Origin: Thermofilaceae archaeon
GTDB lineage: Archaea > Thermoproteota > Thermoprotei > Thermofilales > Thermofilaceae
Assembly: GCA_038727095.1 (NCBI GenBank)
Contig: JAVYWK010000036.1
Location: 1-15,206, forward strand
DNA: 15,206 bases
Reading direction: 5' to 3'
Shown here: positions 7,728-14,849 of the stretch, piece by piece
Layout of the letters: each line of letters begins with the position of its first letter
Numbering within the stretch: the stretch's first letter is position 1
Position numbers and translations under genes: made by a program
Notes under the pieces: model-generated
What the model was told of the DNA's origin: nothing
The model's database searches: none
Seen by the model: the letters and a program-made list of their open reading frames with translations, nothing else

Positions 7728-7753
7728 TTCGGAGAGCTGGCCCGCCGCGGAAC

Positions 7754-8134
7754 CTAGCTTTCAGCAACTTCGACTCTGACCCTTTCCCCGCTCGAGACGC
7801 GCCTTAGAACGTCTAAGCCTTCTACGACCCTGCCTATCACGTTCACGCTGCTGGCCGGCCTGATCTCGCCCGGCCTGCTGATGGGCGTCGGCCCGAAGAA
7901 GAGGCAGAGAGCGCGACCGGGTGGCCAGTAGGCGACATCGCCGACCTCAACGAGCTCGCTCGCGTCCTCCTCGCCGGCATCGACTGGGGACTCGAAGTAG
8001 ACCTCCTCCCCCCACCTCCTCGCCCGGCTCTCGAAGGGGAGGGCGCGCAGGAGCGCTTCAGCGGTCCTAGCGTTCCTCCCCGTCAGCTCGACGATCACGG
8101 TGCCGGCCCTCTCGAAAACAAGCTTGACCCGCAC
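7754..8134 (-). CDS. Cyclophilin-like fold protein (DUF369; TM1367/AF2241-like)
   Basis: Signature motifs ALPFES..RRWGEEVYF, GDVAYWPPGRALCLFFGPTP and RPASSVNVIGRV. Confidence 0.9.
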   Translation of the reverse strand: MRVKLVFERAGTVIVELTGRNARTAEALLRALPFESRARRWGEEVYFESPVDAGEEDASELVEVGDVAYWPPGRALCLFFGPTPISRPGEIRPASSVNVIGRVVEGLDVLRRVSSGERVRVEVAES

Positions 8135-8154
8135 GATTCCCTGAGCGCGGGGGT

Positions 8155-8162
8155 GCTAAAAA
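8155..8162 (-). promoter_or_regulatory. TATA box of the cyclophilin-like gene
   Basis: Minus strand TTTTTAGC, with TTTTTA 22 nt before GTG 8134. Confidence 0.6.
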
Positions 8163-8170
8163 CGTCTCCC

Positions 8171-10783
8171 TTAGCTCTCCATGCGCAGGACGTCGCCTTC
8201 GCGCAGCAGTAGGGGTTTCGGGAACCTCGCTCCCCCCTCCAGGGGCTTGAACTCCACCGGTTCTCCGTTAACAAGGGCGCGGCGCACGCCGATGCCTTTG
8301 AGGGTTGCTACGCGGAGGACTTTCAGCTCCAGTTCGCCGTACCGCACGCTCAGCTCGCAGAAACCTCTTGAAGCAAGCAGATAGCCCCACGCTCTACCCG
8401 TGCACCAGAAAGTGCCGAACTCCGCATCCGGGGTCTTCGGGTTGAAGGACAGCTCGCCGCGCCTGCCGTCCCACTCAAAGCCGCTCAGCGCGAGGAGAAG
8501 CGCGTAGGAGGACAACGATCTCGCGTAGTTGCTGCCGCACTCGATCTCGCTCCACGGGTTCCTCTTCACCCCATCGTACCTCTCCCTGACGGCTTTCACG
8601 ACTTCGAGCCCCTCCTCGACGAAGCCCTCCTGTATTAGGTGGGCGGCGAAGACGTACTCGAGGCCGCTCCAAACCTCCTCCGCGTAGGGGATCGGTATGA
8701 CCGGCTTGCCCCCCTTAGGCCACGCGCAGTTGACGACACCCCTCTCGTCGCCGAGCGCGTAGATCCTGCAGGGGTTGGGGTGGCGGCGCACGCTGGTGAA
8801 GTTGTACCTGTAGATCGATTCGAGCGCCCTCCTCACCTTGCCCCTATCCAGCACCTCGCCCAGGCCGAAGAGGTTCGCGTAGAACTGCGCCTCAACTTGT
8901 GCTATGAAGCAGGCGGGGCCCAGCTGGTACTTCATCTCGCGGTGCTCGCCATCCCAGTAGGCTTCGATCACACCGGGATCGCTGGCGGAGAACCTCTCGA
9001 GTAGGCTCCTGTCGCTCAAATCGATCAGCTGGACGAAGTACTCGCCATTGAATAGGTGCTCCTCAACCCACCTCTTCCCCGACTCGAAGAGCCGCAGGTA
9101 CTCCCCCTCCGCCTCCTTGTCGCCCACGTGCTCCGCCATCTCCGCCGCAGCCTTCAGCGCGGCCAGGTAAAGCCCGGTGAGCCAAGGGTTCGGGCCGAAG
9201 AGCTCGACGTCGAAGGTGTTGTGCTGCCTACCCTCTATCACGCCGTCCCCGTCGCGATCCCACGCGTCGGCGTTGCTCTCGGACCACGCGTATTCGACCA
9301 TCCTCTTCAGGGTTGGCCAGAGCTCCCTCAACCACTCCTCATCCCCCGTCAGCTTCCAGTACGCGTAGGCGCGGAGCAGGCAGCCGTACTGGCCGTCGAC
9401 GGCCGCGTGGGGGAAGGGCCAGGGCCTACCCGGCGGCAGGGGGAGCCGGAAGGTCATGCGCCCGTCCCCGCTCACGCTGTACCTCAGGTGGAGGCCCCAC
9501 ATCGACCGATCCAAGCTCGGGAAAAGGTAGAGGGGGGCGAAAGCGTAGCGCCACACGTGGGCGCAGCTGCCCTCGCAGCAGCCTGAATCGACGCTGCAAC
9601 CCTCAAAGCCCCACAGCGAGCCGTCCTCCAGCCTGATCACGGTCGGCGACTTCAAGATCGAGAGGTTCGCGGAGACAGCGTCCAGAATATGCGGGGGGTA
9701 GGTGGAGGAGAAGAGACAGTCCCTGAACTCGCGGGTCTTGCCGTGGAGCCAACTCCAGTTCCTGAAGCAGTGCCGGACGACGTCGATCACGCTATGGAAG
9801 ATCGCGGCGTAGTAGTTCCTCCAGACGTCCCTGCCGGGCTCGGGGTTCCAGTAGTTCCTAAAGTTCGGGTAGTACCAGGCGATCAGGAACCTGACCACCC
9901 CCCTCTCGCCTGGGTTCAGCCGGAGGTGCGCGGCGAGGGAGGCGTGATCCCTGACCCCGGCCGAGGGCCTCTCGTACCTCCTGTTGCGGAGCCTCCCCGG
10001 CGAGGAGAACTCCCTCCAGAAGACTTGGAGGTTGTCGAACCAGGAACCCCTGTACCAGTACTCCTGGTAGCTCACTTCGGGGGCGTCCGTGGCGATCGCC
10101 AGCTGCCCCCACTCCGGCGATCTCTCATCAACGCCCTGGGGGCTCATCAGGATCAGCTTGACCCCCTCAACCTCGCGGTACTCGTTGACGGGCCTCCCTG
10201 GCGGAGCCGGGTTCTGCGCACTCAAGCAGACGGTGTACTCCACGGCTGCGCCCACCGTGTTCTCGATTTCGATCTCGAAGAAGGCCGCGGGAAGGCTGGA
10301 GTTGAAGTCGTCAAGGGGGATGAACGGGTTGAAGGCCGTCATCCGAACTTTTCCCGGGAAGTCGGGGTCGACGAAATCGATGCGCGCGATGGGGTGCGTG
10401 CCCTCGAGAACGGCCTCCTTGAAGTGCGGTAGGCCGGCTAGGCTCTCCCGCTCAAGCCCGAAGCCGAACCCCCTCCCGCTCCCAGTGTAGGGCGGCAGAG
10501 GGGTGCCCTCCATCACTCGCGCGTCGATAACCCTGCCCTCAGCAACGGCCTTGACGGCGAAGTGGGTGAAGCCGTTTAAACCGCCCTTGCTCGGCCTGTT
10601 GAAGATCTCCCAGTCGACAAATCGCCCGTTGGCCGCCAACCCTATGCAGCCCGTACCGATGCCACCAAGCGGGAACGAGGCCATCGGGGCCCTGCTACCC
10701 TCGTAAGTGAAGCCGGGCAGCTTGGAGTGGCCCAGCGAGTCCTGGGGCGTTTCGCGCACGCGGAAACGGGCTTGCGGTGTCAA
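8171..10783 (-). CDS. Glycoside hydrolase family 116 (GBA2/non-lysosomal glucosylceramidase-like beta-glycosidase)
   Basis: N-terminal FPLGGIGTGCI...DWEIFN and NPFIP..SSLP motifs. Putative nucleophile in WGFEG, AVDGQ, DRDGDGVIEGRQHNTFD with putative acid/base Asp, EVWSGLEY, and RYDGVKRNPWSEIECGSNYARS. Start uncertain: TTG 10783 or GTG 10759. Confidence 0.93.
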   Translation of the reverse strand: MTPQARFRVRETPQDSLGHSKLPGFTYEGSRAPMASFPLGGIGTGCIGLAANGRFVDWEIFNRPSKGGLNGFTHFAVKAVAEGRVIDARVMEGTPLPPYTGSGRGFGFGLERESLAGLPHFKEAVLEGTHPIARIDFVDPDFPGKVRMTAFNPFIPLDDFNSSLPAAFFEIEIENTVGAAVEYTVCLSAQNPAPPGRPVNEYREVEGVKLILMSPQGVDERSPEWGQLAIATDAPEVSYQEYWYRGSWFDNLQVFWREFSSPGRLRNRRYERPSAGVRDHASLAAHLRLNPGERGVVRFLIAWYYPNFRNYWNPEPGRDVWRNYYAAIFHSVIDVVRHCFRNWSWLHGKTREFRDCLFSSTYPPHILDAVSANLSILKSPTVIRLEDGSLWGFEGCSVDSGCCEGSCAHVWRYAFAPLYLFPSLDRSMWGLHLRYSVSGDGRMTFRLPLPPGRPWPFPHAAVDGQYGCLLRAYAYWKLTGDEEWLRELWPTLKRMVEYAWSESNADAWDRDGDGVIEGRQHNTFDVELFGPNPWLTGLYLAALKAAAEMAEHVGDKEAEGEYLRLFESGKRWVEEHLFNGEYFVQLIDLSDRSLLERFSASDPGVIEAYWDGEHREMKYQLGPACFIAQVEAQFYANLFGLGEVLDRGKVRRALESIYRYNFTSVRRHPNPCRIYALGDERGVVNCAWPKGGKPVIPIPYAEEVWSGLEYVFAAHLIQEGFVEEGLEVVKAVRERYDGVKRNPWSEIECGSNYARSLSSYALLLALSGFEWDGRRGELSFNPKTPDAEFGTFWCTGRAWGYLLASRGFCELSVRYGELELKVLRVATLKGIGVRRALVNGEPVEFKPLEGGARFPKPLLLREGDVLRMES

Positions 10784-10822
10784 TTATGCCTGCTCTCGCG
10801 CCGGGATACGCGCGGGGCGCGC

Positions 10823-10839
10823 GAAAAACGCTGATATAC
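10823..10839 (+). promoter_or_regulatory. BRE/TATA-like element of the PHP-HAD operon
   Basis: GAAAAACGCTGATATAC, with GATATA ending 21 nt before GTG 10860. Confidence 0.5.
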
Positions 10840-10859
10840 GACGAGGGGGAGGGGTTCGC

Positions 10860-11822
10860 GTGAGGCTTCCGCAAAACGGGTGGGTGAAGGCCCAGCTCCA
10901 TGCTCATTCAACGCGCTCCGACGGTCGGCTGGACCCGGAGAAGGCCGTGGAGTTCTACGCTCGAGCCGGCTTCGGTGCCGTCTCGCTGACCGACCACAAC
11001 AAGGTTACGCCCGTCTCGCACCCGAGCGTGCTCACCCCGCCCGGCGTCGAAGTGGCAGCCCGCGAGGAGGGCGTGGCCGGTGAGTACCACGTTGTGATCA
11101 TAGGTTGCGGTGAGCTGCCACCAGAGAGCGCGCGTAAGCACGCGTCGAAGCTCTTCGACTGGTGCCGCGACAACGGCCTCTACTCGTTCGTGGCACACCC
11201 CTACTGGAGCATGCTGAGCGGCAGCGACCTCCTCAAGGCTGGGAACCCCGACGGTGTCGAGGTGTACAACCACGGTTGCGAGGTGGAGATCAGCAGGGGC
11301 TACTCGGGCCCACACTGGGACTACGCGCTGTCGAAGGGGGTTATGCTGCAGGGGTTGGCGGTGGACGACGTTCACACGTACACGGTGGACGCGCTGGGCG
11401 GGTGGGTGGTGCTAGACCTCGCCGACCACAGCGTTGAGGCCTTGCTGGAGGCATTGAAGCAGGGGCGCTTCTACGCCAGCAGCGGCGTGGAGGTTGAAGC
11501 CTACGAGGTGGAGCAGGGGAGAGCCTGGCTGAAGTGCAGCGGCGCGAAGATCGTGAAGCTCCTGTCGGGCGATACGAAGGGGGCCTACCTGAGCGTCAGT
11601 ATGCTGGATAAGCTGGCTGCAGCTCAGCCGCAGCTCCTAGAGGTGGAGCGCTGGGAGGATGGCTTCAGGATCCGCGCGAAGGATCTGCGGGTGGAGGGCA
11701 GGCTGAGGGGCGGTAGCATCGTTGAGCTCGAGATCGCGGGCCAGCTGCCGGTGAAGGGGTACATGAGGGTCGAGCTGATCGACGGAGAGAAGGCTGCCTG
11801 GCTCAACAGCGTGAGGCTCTAG
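10860..11822 (+). CDS. PHP-domain metallohydrolase (CehA/McbA-like)
   Basis: Motifs LHAHSTRSDG, LTDHN, PGVE, YHVV, VAHP, GVEVYN, VDDVH and LKQGRFYASSG. Start moved from 10707, which overlaps GH116, to GTG 10860. Confidence 0.88.
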   Translation: MRLPQNGWVKAQLHAHSTRSDGRLDPEKAVEFYARAGFGAVSLTDHNKVTPVSHPSVLTPPGVEVAAREEGVAGEYHVVIIGCGELPPESARKHASKLFDWCRDNGLYSFVAHPYWSMLSGSDLLKAGNPDGVEVYNHGCEVEISRGYSGPHWDYALSKGVMLQGLAVDDVHTYTVDALGGWVVLDLADHSVEALLEALKQGRFYASSGVEVEAYEVEQGRAWLKCSGAKIVKLLSGDTKGAYLSVSMLDKLAAAQPQLLEVERWEDGFRIRAKDLRVEGRLRGGSIVELEIAGQLPVKGYMRVELIDGEKAAWLNSVRL

Positions 11823-12548
11823 GTGTCCAGCATGCCGGCAGCCGCCGTGAGCATCGACGTGTGGGACACCCTGCTGCGGCTGGGAAGGTTCTACGGGATG
11901 CTAGCCGCGTCCCTGGCGGAGCTCCTCGAGAGGGAGAAGGGGGAGGTCGAGGAGTCGCTCAGAAGAGCTAGAGCCCGAGTGAAGGAGCTGAGGGCACAAG
12001 GGGCCGTTAACCCAAGCGCTGTAATCGAGCAGTGCGCAGGCATCCTGGCTGGAGAGCTCGGGTGCTCGCGTGAGGTGGTGAAGAGGGGGGTTGCCCGCGC
12101 TGTCGCGAACCTTGAGCCGGAGGGCATCGTGTACGAGGACGCGCTCGAGGCGCTGGAAGGCTTGGCCAGTAGGGGGGTGCCCGTCGTCGCGCTCAGCAAC
12201 GTGATGTGGTGGCCCGGCTACATCACACGAGTCATCGTTGAGAAGGCGGGGCTCGGCAAGCTCCTCGCCGCCCAAGTTTACGCCGACGAGGTCTACGCTC
12301 TCAAGCCGGACGCGCGCATGTTCAAGGCGGGGGAAGAGGCGCTCCGCGATGCGGGCTTCGAGGCAAGGCTGGTCGCCCACGCTGGCGACGACTTCAGGGA
12401 GGACTTCCTCGGCGCGATGTCGGTCGGCCTTGTGGCGGTGCTCGTCGATAGGACCGGCGCCTTCGGGGAGGGAGCTTACTTCGGAGGGAGGGGCTACGTA
12501 ATCAGGGACTTGCGCCGGCTCACGCACGTTCTCGAGGGGCTCCTTTAG
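11823..12548 (+). CDS. HAD superfamily hydrolase (subfamily IA phosphatase-like)
   Basis: Motif I IDVWDTL, motif II ALSN, motif III LKPD, motif IV GDDFRED. It abuts the PHP stop with no gap; alternative ATG at 11832. Confidence 0.9.
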   Translation: MSSMPAAAVSIDVWDTLLRLGRFYGMLAASLAELLEREKGEVEESLRRARARVKELRAQGAVNPSAVIEQCAGILAGELGCSREVVKRGVARAVANLEPEGIVYEDALEALEGLASRGVPVVALSNVMWWPGYITRVIVEKAGLGKLLAAQVYADEVYALKPDARMFKAGEEALRDAGFEARLVAHAGDDFREDFLGAMSVGLVAVLVDRTGAFGEGAYFGGRGYVIRDLRRLTHVLEGLL

Positions 12549-13915
12549 CCGCCGAAGACCGTGTCGAGCAGGAGCATGACAACGAAGCCGGAGAGGAAGC
12601 CGAAGGTGCTGGGCTCGTCGTGCTCGTGCCCGTAGATCTCCGGCGCCATCTCGTGGACCACAACGTAGACCATTGCGCCCGCGGCGAAAGCCATCAGGAA
12701 GGGGAGGGTGAAACCGACGTGCTCGACGATGAGCGCGGGAAGGGGGGCTGCGAGGGCCTCCGCAAGGCCGCTGGCAACTCCGATCAGGAAGGCCTTCAGC
12801 CTCCCCCTATCGGCCAGTGGCAGGGCGACGGCCAGCCCCTCCGGCACGTCCTGCAACCCTATCGCGAGGGCGAGGAGGAGCCCCTCGTGGACGCTCACCG
12901 AGGAGGCTACACCAACGGCCATCCCTTCGGGTATGTTGTGGATGATCATAGCCAGGGCGATGAGCAAGCCCTTAGCGAGGGGTCGAGGGGGCCCCTCAGC
13001 CCCCTTCATGATGTGCAGGTGGGGGAGGGTGGAGTCGACGACCTTGATTAGGCCGGCACCCGCCACGAAGCCCAGTGTGGCGAGCAGAGGCCCTCCCGCC
13101 TCGATGGCCGGCAGCAGCAGGCTCGTGAAGGAGGCGACGAGCATGACACCTGCCGCAAACCCCAGGCCGGCGTCCGATGCCCTCTCGCTCATTCGGGCTC
13201 CGAGGAGAACTGGAATGGAACCAATCGCGGTCATCGCGGCCGGCACCATCCCTATGACGAGGGCCCTGATGACGAGGGGGCTGCTCTCCAGGAAGTCGAG
13301 GATCGACGCGAGAAAGCCCTCCACGCTACCGACGTGGAAGCCGGCGCCAGTCAGGCTGAAGACGAGGAGCGTGGAGAGGAGGGCTACGAGGGCTCCCGCC
13401 GCCAGCTGCGAGGGGGTGTGGGCGTTCAGTTCGAGGCGGGCCCACGAGACCGGTACGAGGAGCAGGTAGAGGGGCACTGCCTCCTCACCCACGACCATCG
13501 CCAGCGCCGTGGTTGGGCCCGCGATGCCTGCAGCATGGACGCTGATCTTCCACTTCGCGAGGACAGTCACGATCGCCAGCACGATCGCTGACAGCATGTA
13601 GGAGGCGGTAATGACCGCGTAGATCCTGTAGCCGCGCAAGAGGGAGTAGACGATGCCGATGATGTACGAGATGATGCTGAACAGGTAGTACTTCCACCTC
13701 TTCTCCCTCTCCGTCACGAATATGTCCACCTCGCCCCTTGCTGCACCCACAACTATCGGAGCGAGCGGCAGAAACGTGTGGGCCAGCAGCATCACTGCCA
13801 GCGCCTCGAGGCCTCCCACTCCCAATTTCCACCACACGAGCGCGATGATGAAGCCGCCGTACAGCTGCGGCGCCGTGACCAGCGAGACCAAGTGCGCGAG
13901 CCTTTTCCTAAACAC
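12545..13915 (-). CDS. Fusion: N-terminal PAP2-like membrane phosphatase domain (~aa 1-189) plus C-terminal ZIP (ZupT/GufA) metal transporter (~aa 198-456)
   Basis: The N part has WKISVHAAG and WARLELNAHTPSQLAAG (PAP2 C2/C3-like). The C part has GFAAGVMLVASFTSLL, PHLH, IIHNIPEGMAVG, GLQDVPEGLAVA and FAAGAMVYVVVHEMAPE. No stop codon lies between them. Confidence 0.85.
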   Translation of the reverse strand: MFRKRLAHLVSLVTAPQLYGGFIIALVWWKLGVGGLEALAVMLLAHTFLPLAPIVVGAARGEVDIFVTEREKRWKYYLFSIISYIIGIVYSLLRGYRIYAVITASYMLSAIVLAIVTVLAKWKISVHAAGIAGPTTALAMVVGEEAVPLYLLLVPVSWARLELNAHTPSQLAAGALVALLSTLLVFSLTGAGFHVGSVEGFLASILDFLESSPLVIRALVIGMVPAAMTAIGSIPVLLGARMSERASDAGLGFAAGVMLVASFTSLLLPAIEAGGPLLATLGFVAGAGLIKVVDSTLPHLHIMKGAEGPPRPLAKGLLIALAMIIHNIPEGMAVGVASSVSVHEGLLLALAIGLQDVPEGLAVALPLADRGRLKAFLIGVASGLAEALAAPLPALIVEHVGFTLPFLMAFAAGAMVYVVVHEMAPEIYGHEHDEPSTFGFLSGFVVMLLLDTVFGG

Positions 13916-13934
13916 AGGGCTCCATCAAACAGAG

Positions 13935-13977
13935 GCTAAAGATGTTGCGGGAACCAGCAACCCATTTTAACGATCAC
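13935..13977. promoter_or_regulatory. Divergent promoter region for the PAP2-ZIP (-) and YdjC (+) genes
   Basis: Minus-strand TCTTTA (13937-13942) lies 21 nt before GTG 13915. Plus-strand ATTTTA (13964-13969) lies 22 nt before ATG 13992. Confidence 0.55.
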
Positions 13978-13991
13978 TGTTAGATCGCCTC

Positions 13992-14849
13992 ATGGAAGAT
14001 TTCTGGGAGTACATGGGCTTGAAGGGCGCGAGAGTTGCCATCATCCACCACGACGATCTGGGCATGTTCAAGGCCCAGAACGACGCCTACCGATCCCTCC
14101 CCTTCCCCACCGGCTCCATCCTCGCGCCGGCCGCGTGGGTTCCCGACCTCCTCGTCAACCCGAAGCCGGGCGCCGACCTCGGGGTTCACTTGACGCTGAA
14201 CAGCGAGTGGAGCCACTGCAGGATCAGGCCTCTCACGTGCGGCGCCAGCCTGAGGGACGAGCAGGGCTACCTCTTCAGGACGGTTGAGGAAGCCTGGCGG
14301 AGCGTGAGAGCGGAGGAGACGGAGACGGAGCTGCGGGCCCAGATCGAGCACGTGCTCAAGCTCGGCATCGATGTGACTCACATTGACACGCACATGGGCA
14401 GCGTGCTGAGGCCTGACATCGCTGAAGTGTACGTTAAGCTGGCGTGCGAGTACCGCGTGCCCGCGCTTATACCCGAGAGCGTTGAGAACCCGATGATACC
14501 GCCCCCCTTCAGGGGGCAGCTGGCCCGGCTGCTCAGCAGAGTCAAGCTCCCACGCGTGAAGTTGGCGGGGATACCCTACGCGAAGCTTGAGCACGAGCAG
14601 AGGCTTCGAGCCTTCAGGGACTTCCTCCTCAACGCGGAGCCCGGGGTCTACCACGTGATCCACCACTCGTGCTTTAGAAACGAGGAAACGAGGGATCTAC
14701 CCGACATAGACATCAGGGAGGGGGATTTCCGAATCCTCACAGACCCTGAGATTAGGATGCTGCTGGAGGAAAAATGGGAGTTGATAACTTACAGAGAGAT
14801 AAGGGACGCCTTCAGGCGGTACATGGGGAGCGAGCCCTGGCTCGCCTAG
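13992..14849 (+). CDS. YdjC/ChbG/HpnK family carbohydrate deacetylase
   Basis: Motifs IIHHDDLGM, DLGVHLTLNSEW, ELRAQIE, THIDTHMG and ELITYRE. Confidence 0.9.
   Translation: MEDFWEYMGLKGARVAIIHHDDLGMFKAQNDAYRSLPFPTGSILAPAAWVPDLLVNPKPGADLGVHLTLNSEWSHCRIRPLTCGASLRDEQGYLFRTVEEAWRSVRAEETETELRAQIEHVLKLGIDVTHIDTHMGSVLRPDIAEVYVKLACEYRVPALIPESVENPMIPPPFRGQLARLLSRVKLPRVKLAGIPYAKLEHEQRLRAFRDFLLNAEPGVYHVIHHSCFRNEETRDLPDIDIREGDFRILTDPEIRMLLEEKWELITYREIRDAFRRYMGSEPWLA

Noticed and set aside
10797-10821. GC-rich possible hairpin (CGCGCC...GGCGCG) between GH116 and PHP
   Set aside because: A 6-bp GC-only stem is expected by chance at this GC content, and there are no ncRNA features.
10707-10859. N-terminal extension of the PHP ORF in the ORF track
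   Set aside because: It overlaps the GH116 start and runs through the promoter. PHP motifs begin just after GTG 10860.
12708-13469. 253-aa Ala/Arg/Ser/Pro-rich ORF opposite the ZIP domain, and similar ORFs at 2194-2958, 9689-10432, 11901-12527 and 13980-14666
   Set aside because: They are low-complexity or motif-free antisense translations of real genes, with no promoters.
13908-13925. Tiny upstream ORF (ATG GAG CCC TGT GTT TAG, MEPCV) on the minus strand overlapping the PAP2-ZIP start
   Set aside because: Its ATG is only about 11 nt from the TATA box, upstream of the predicted transcription start, so it is probably not transcribed.
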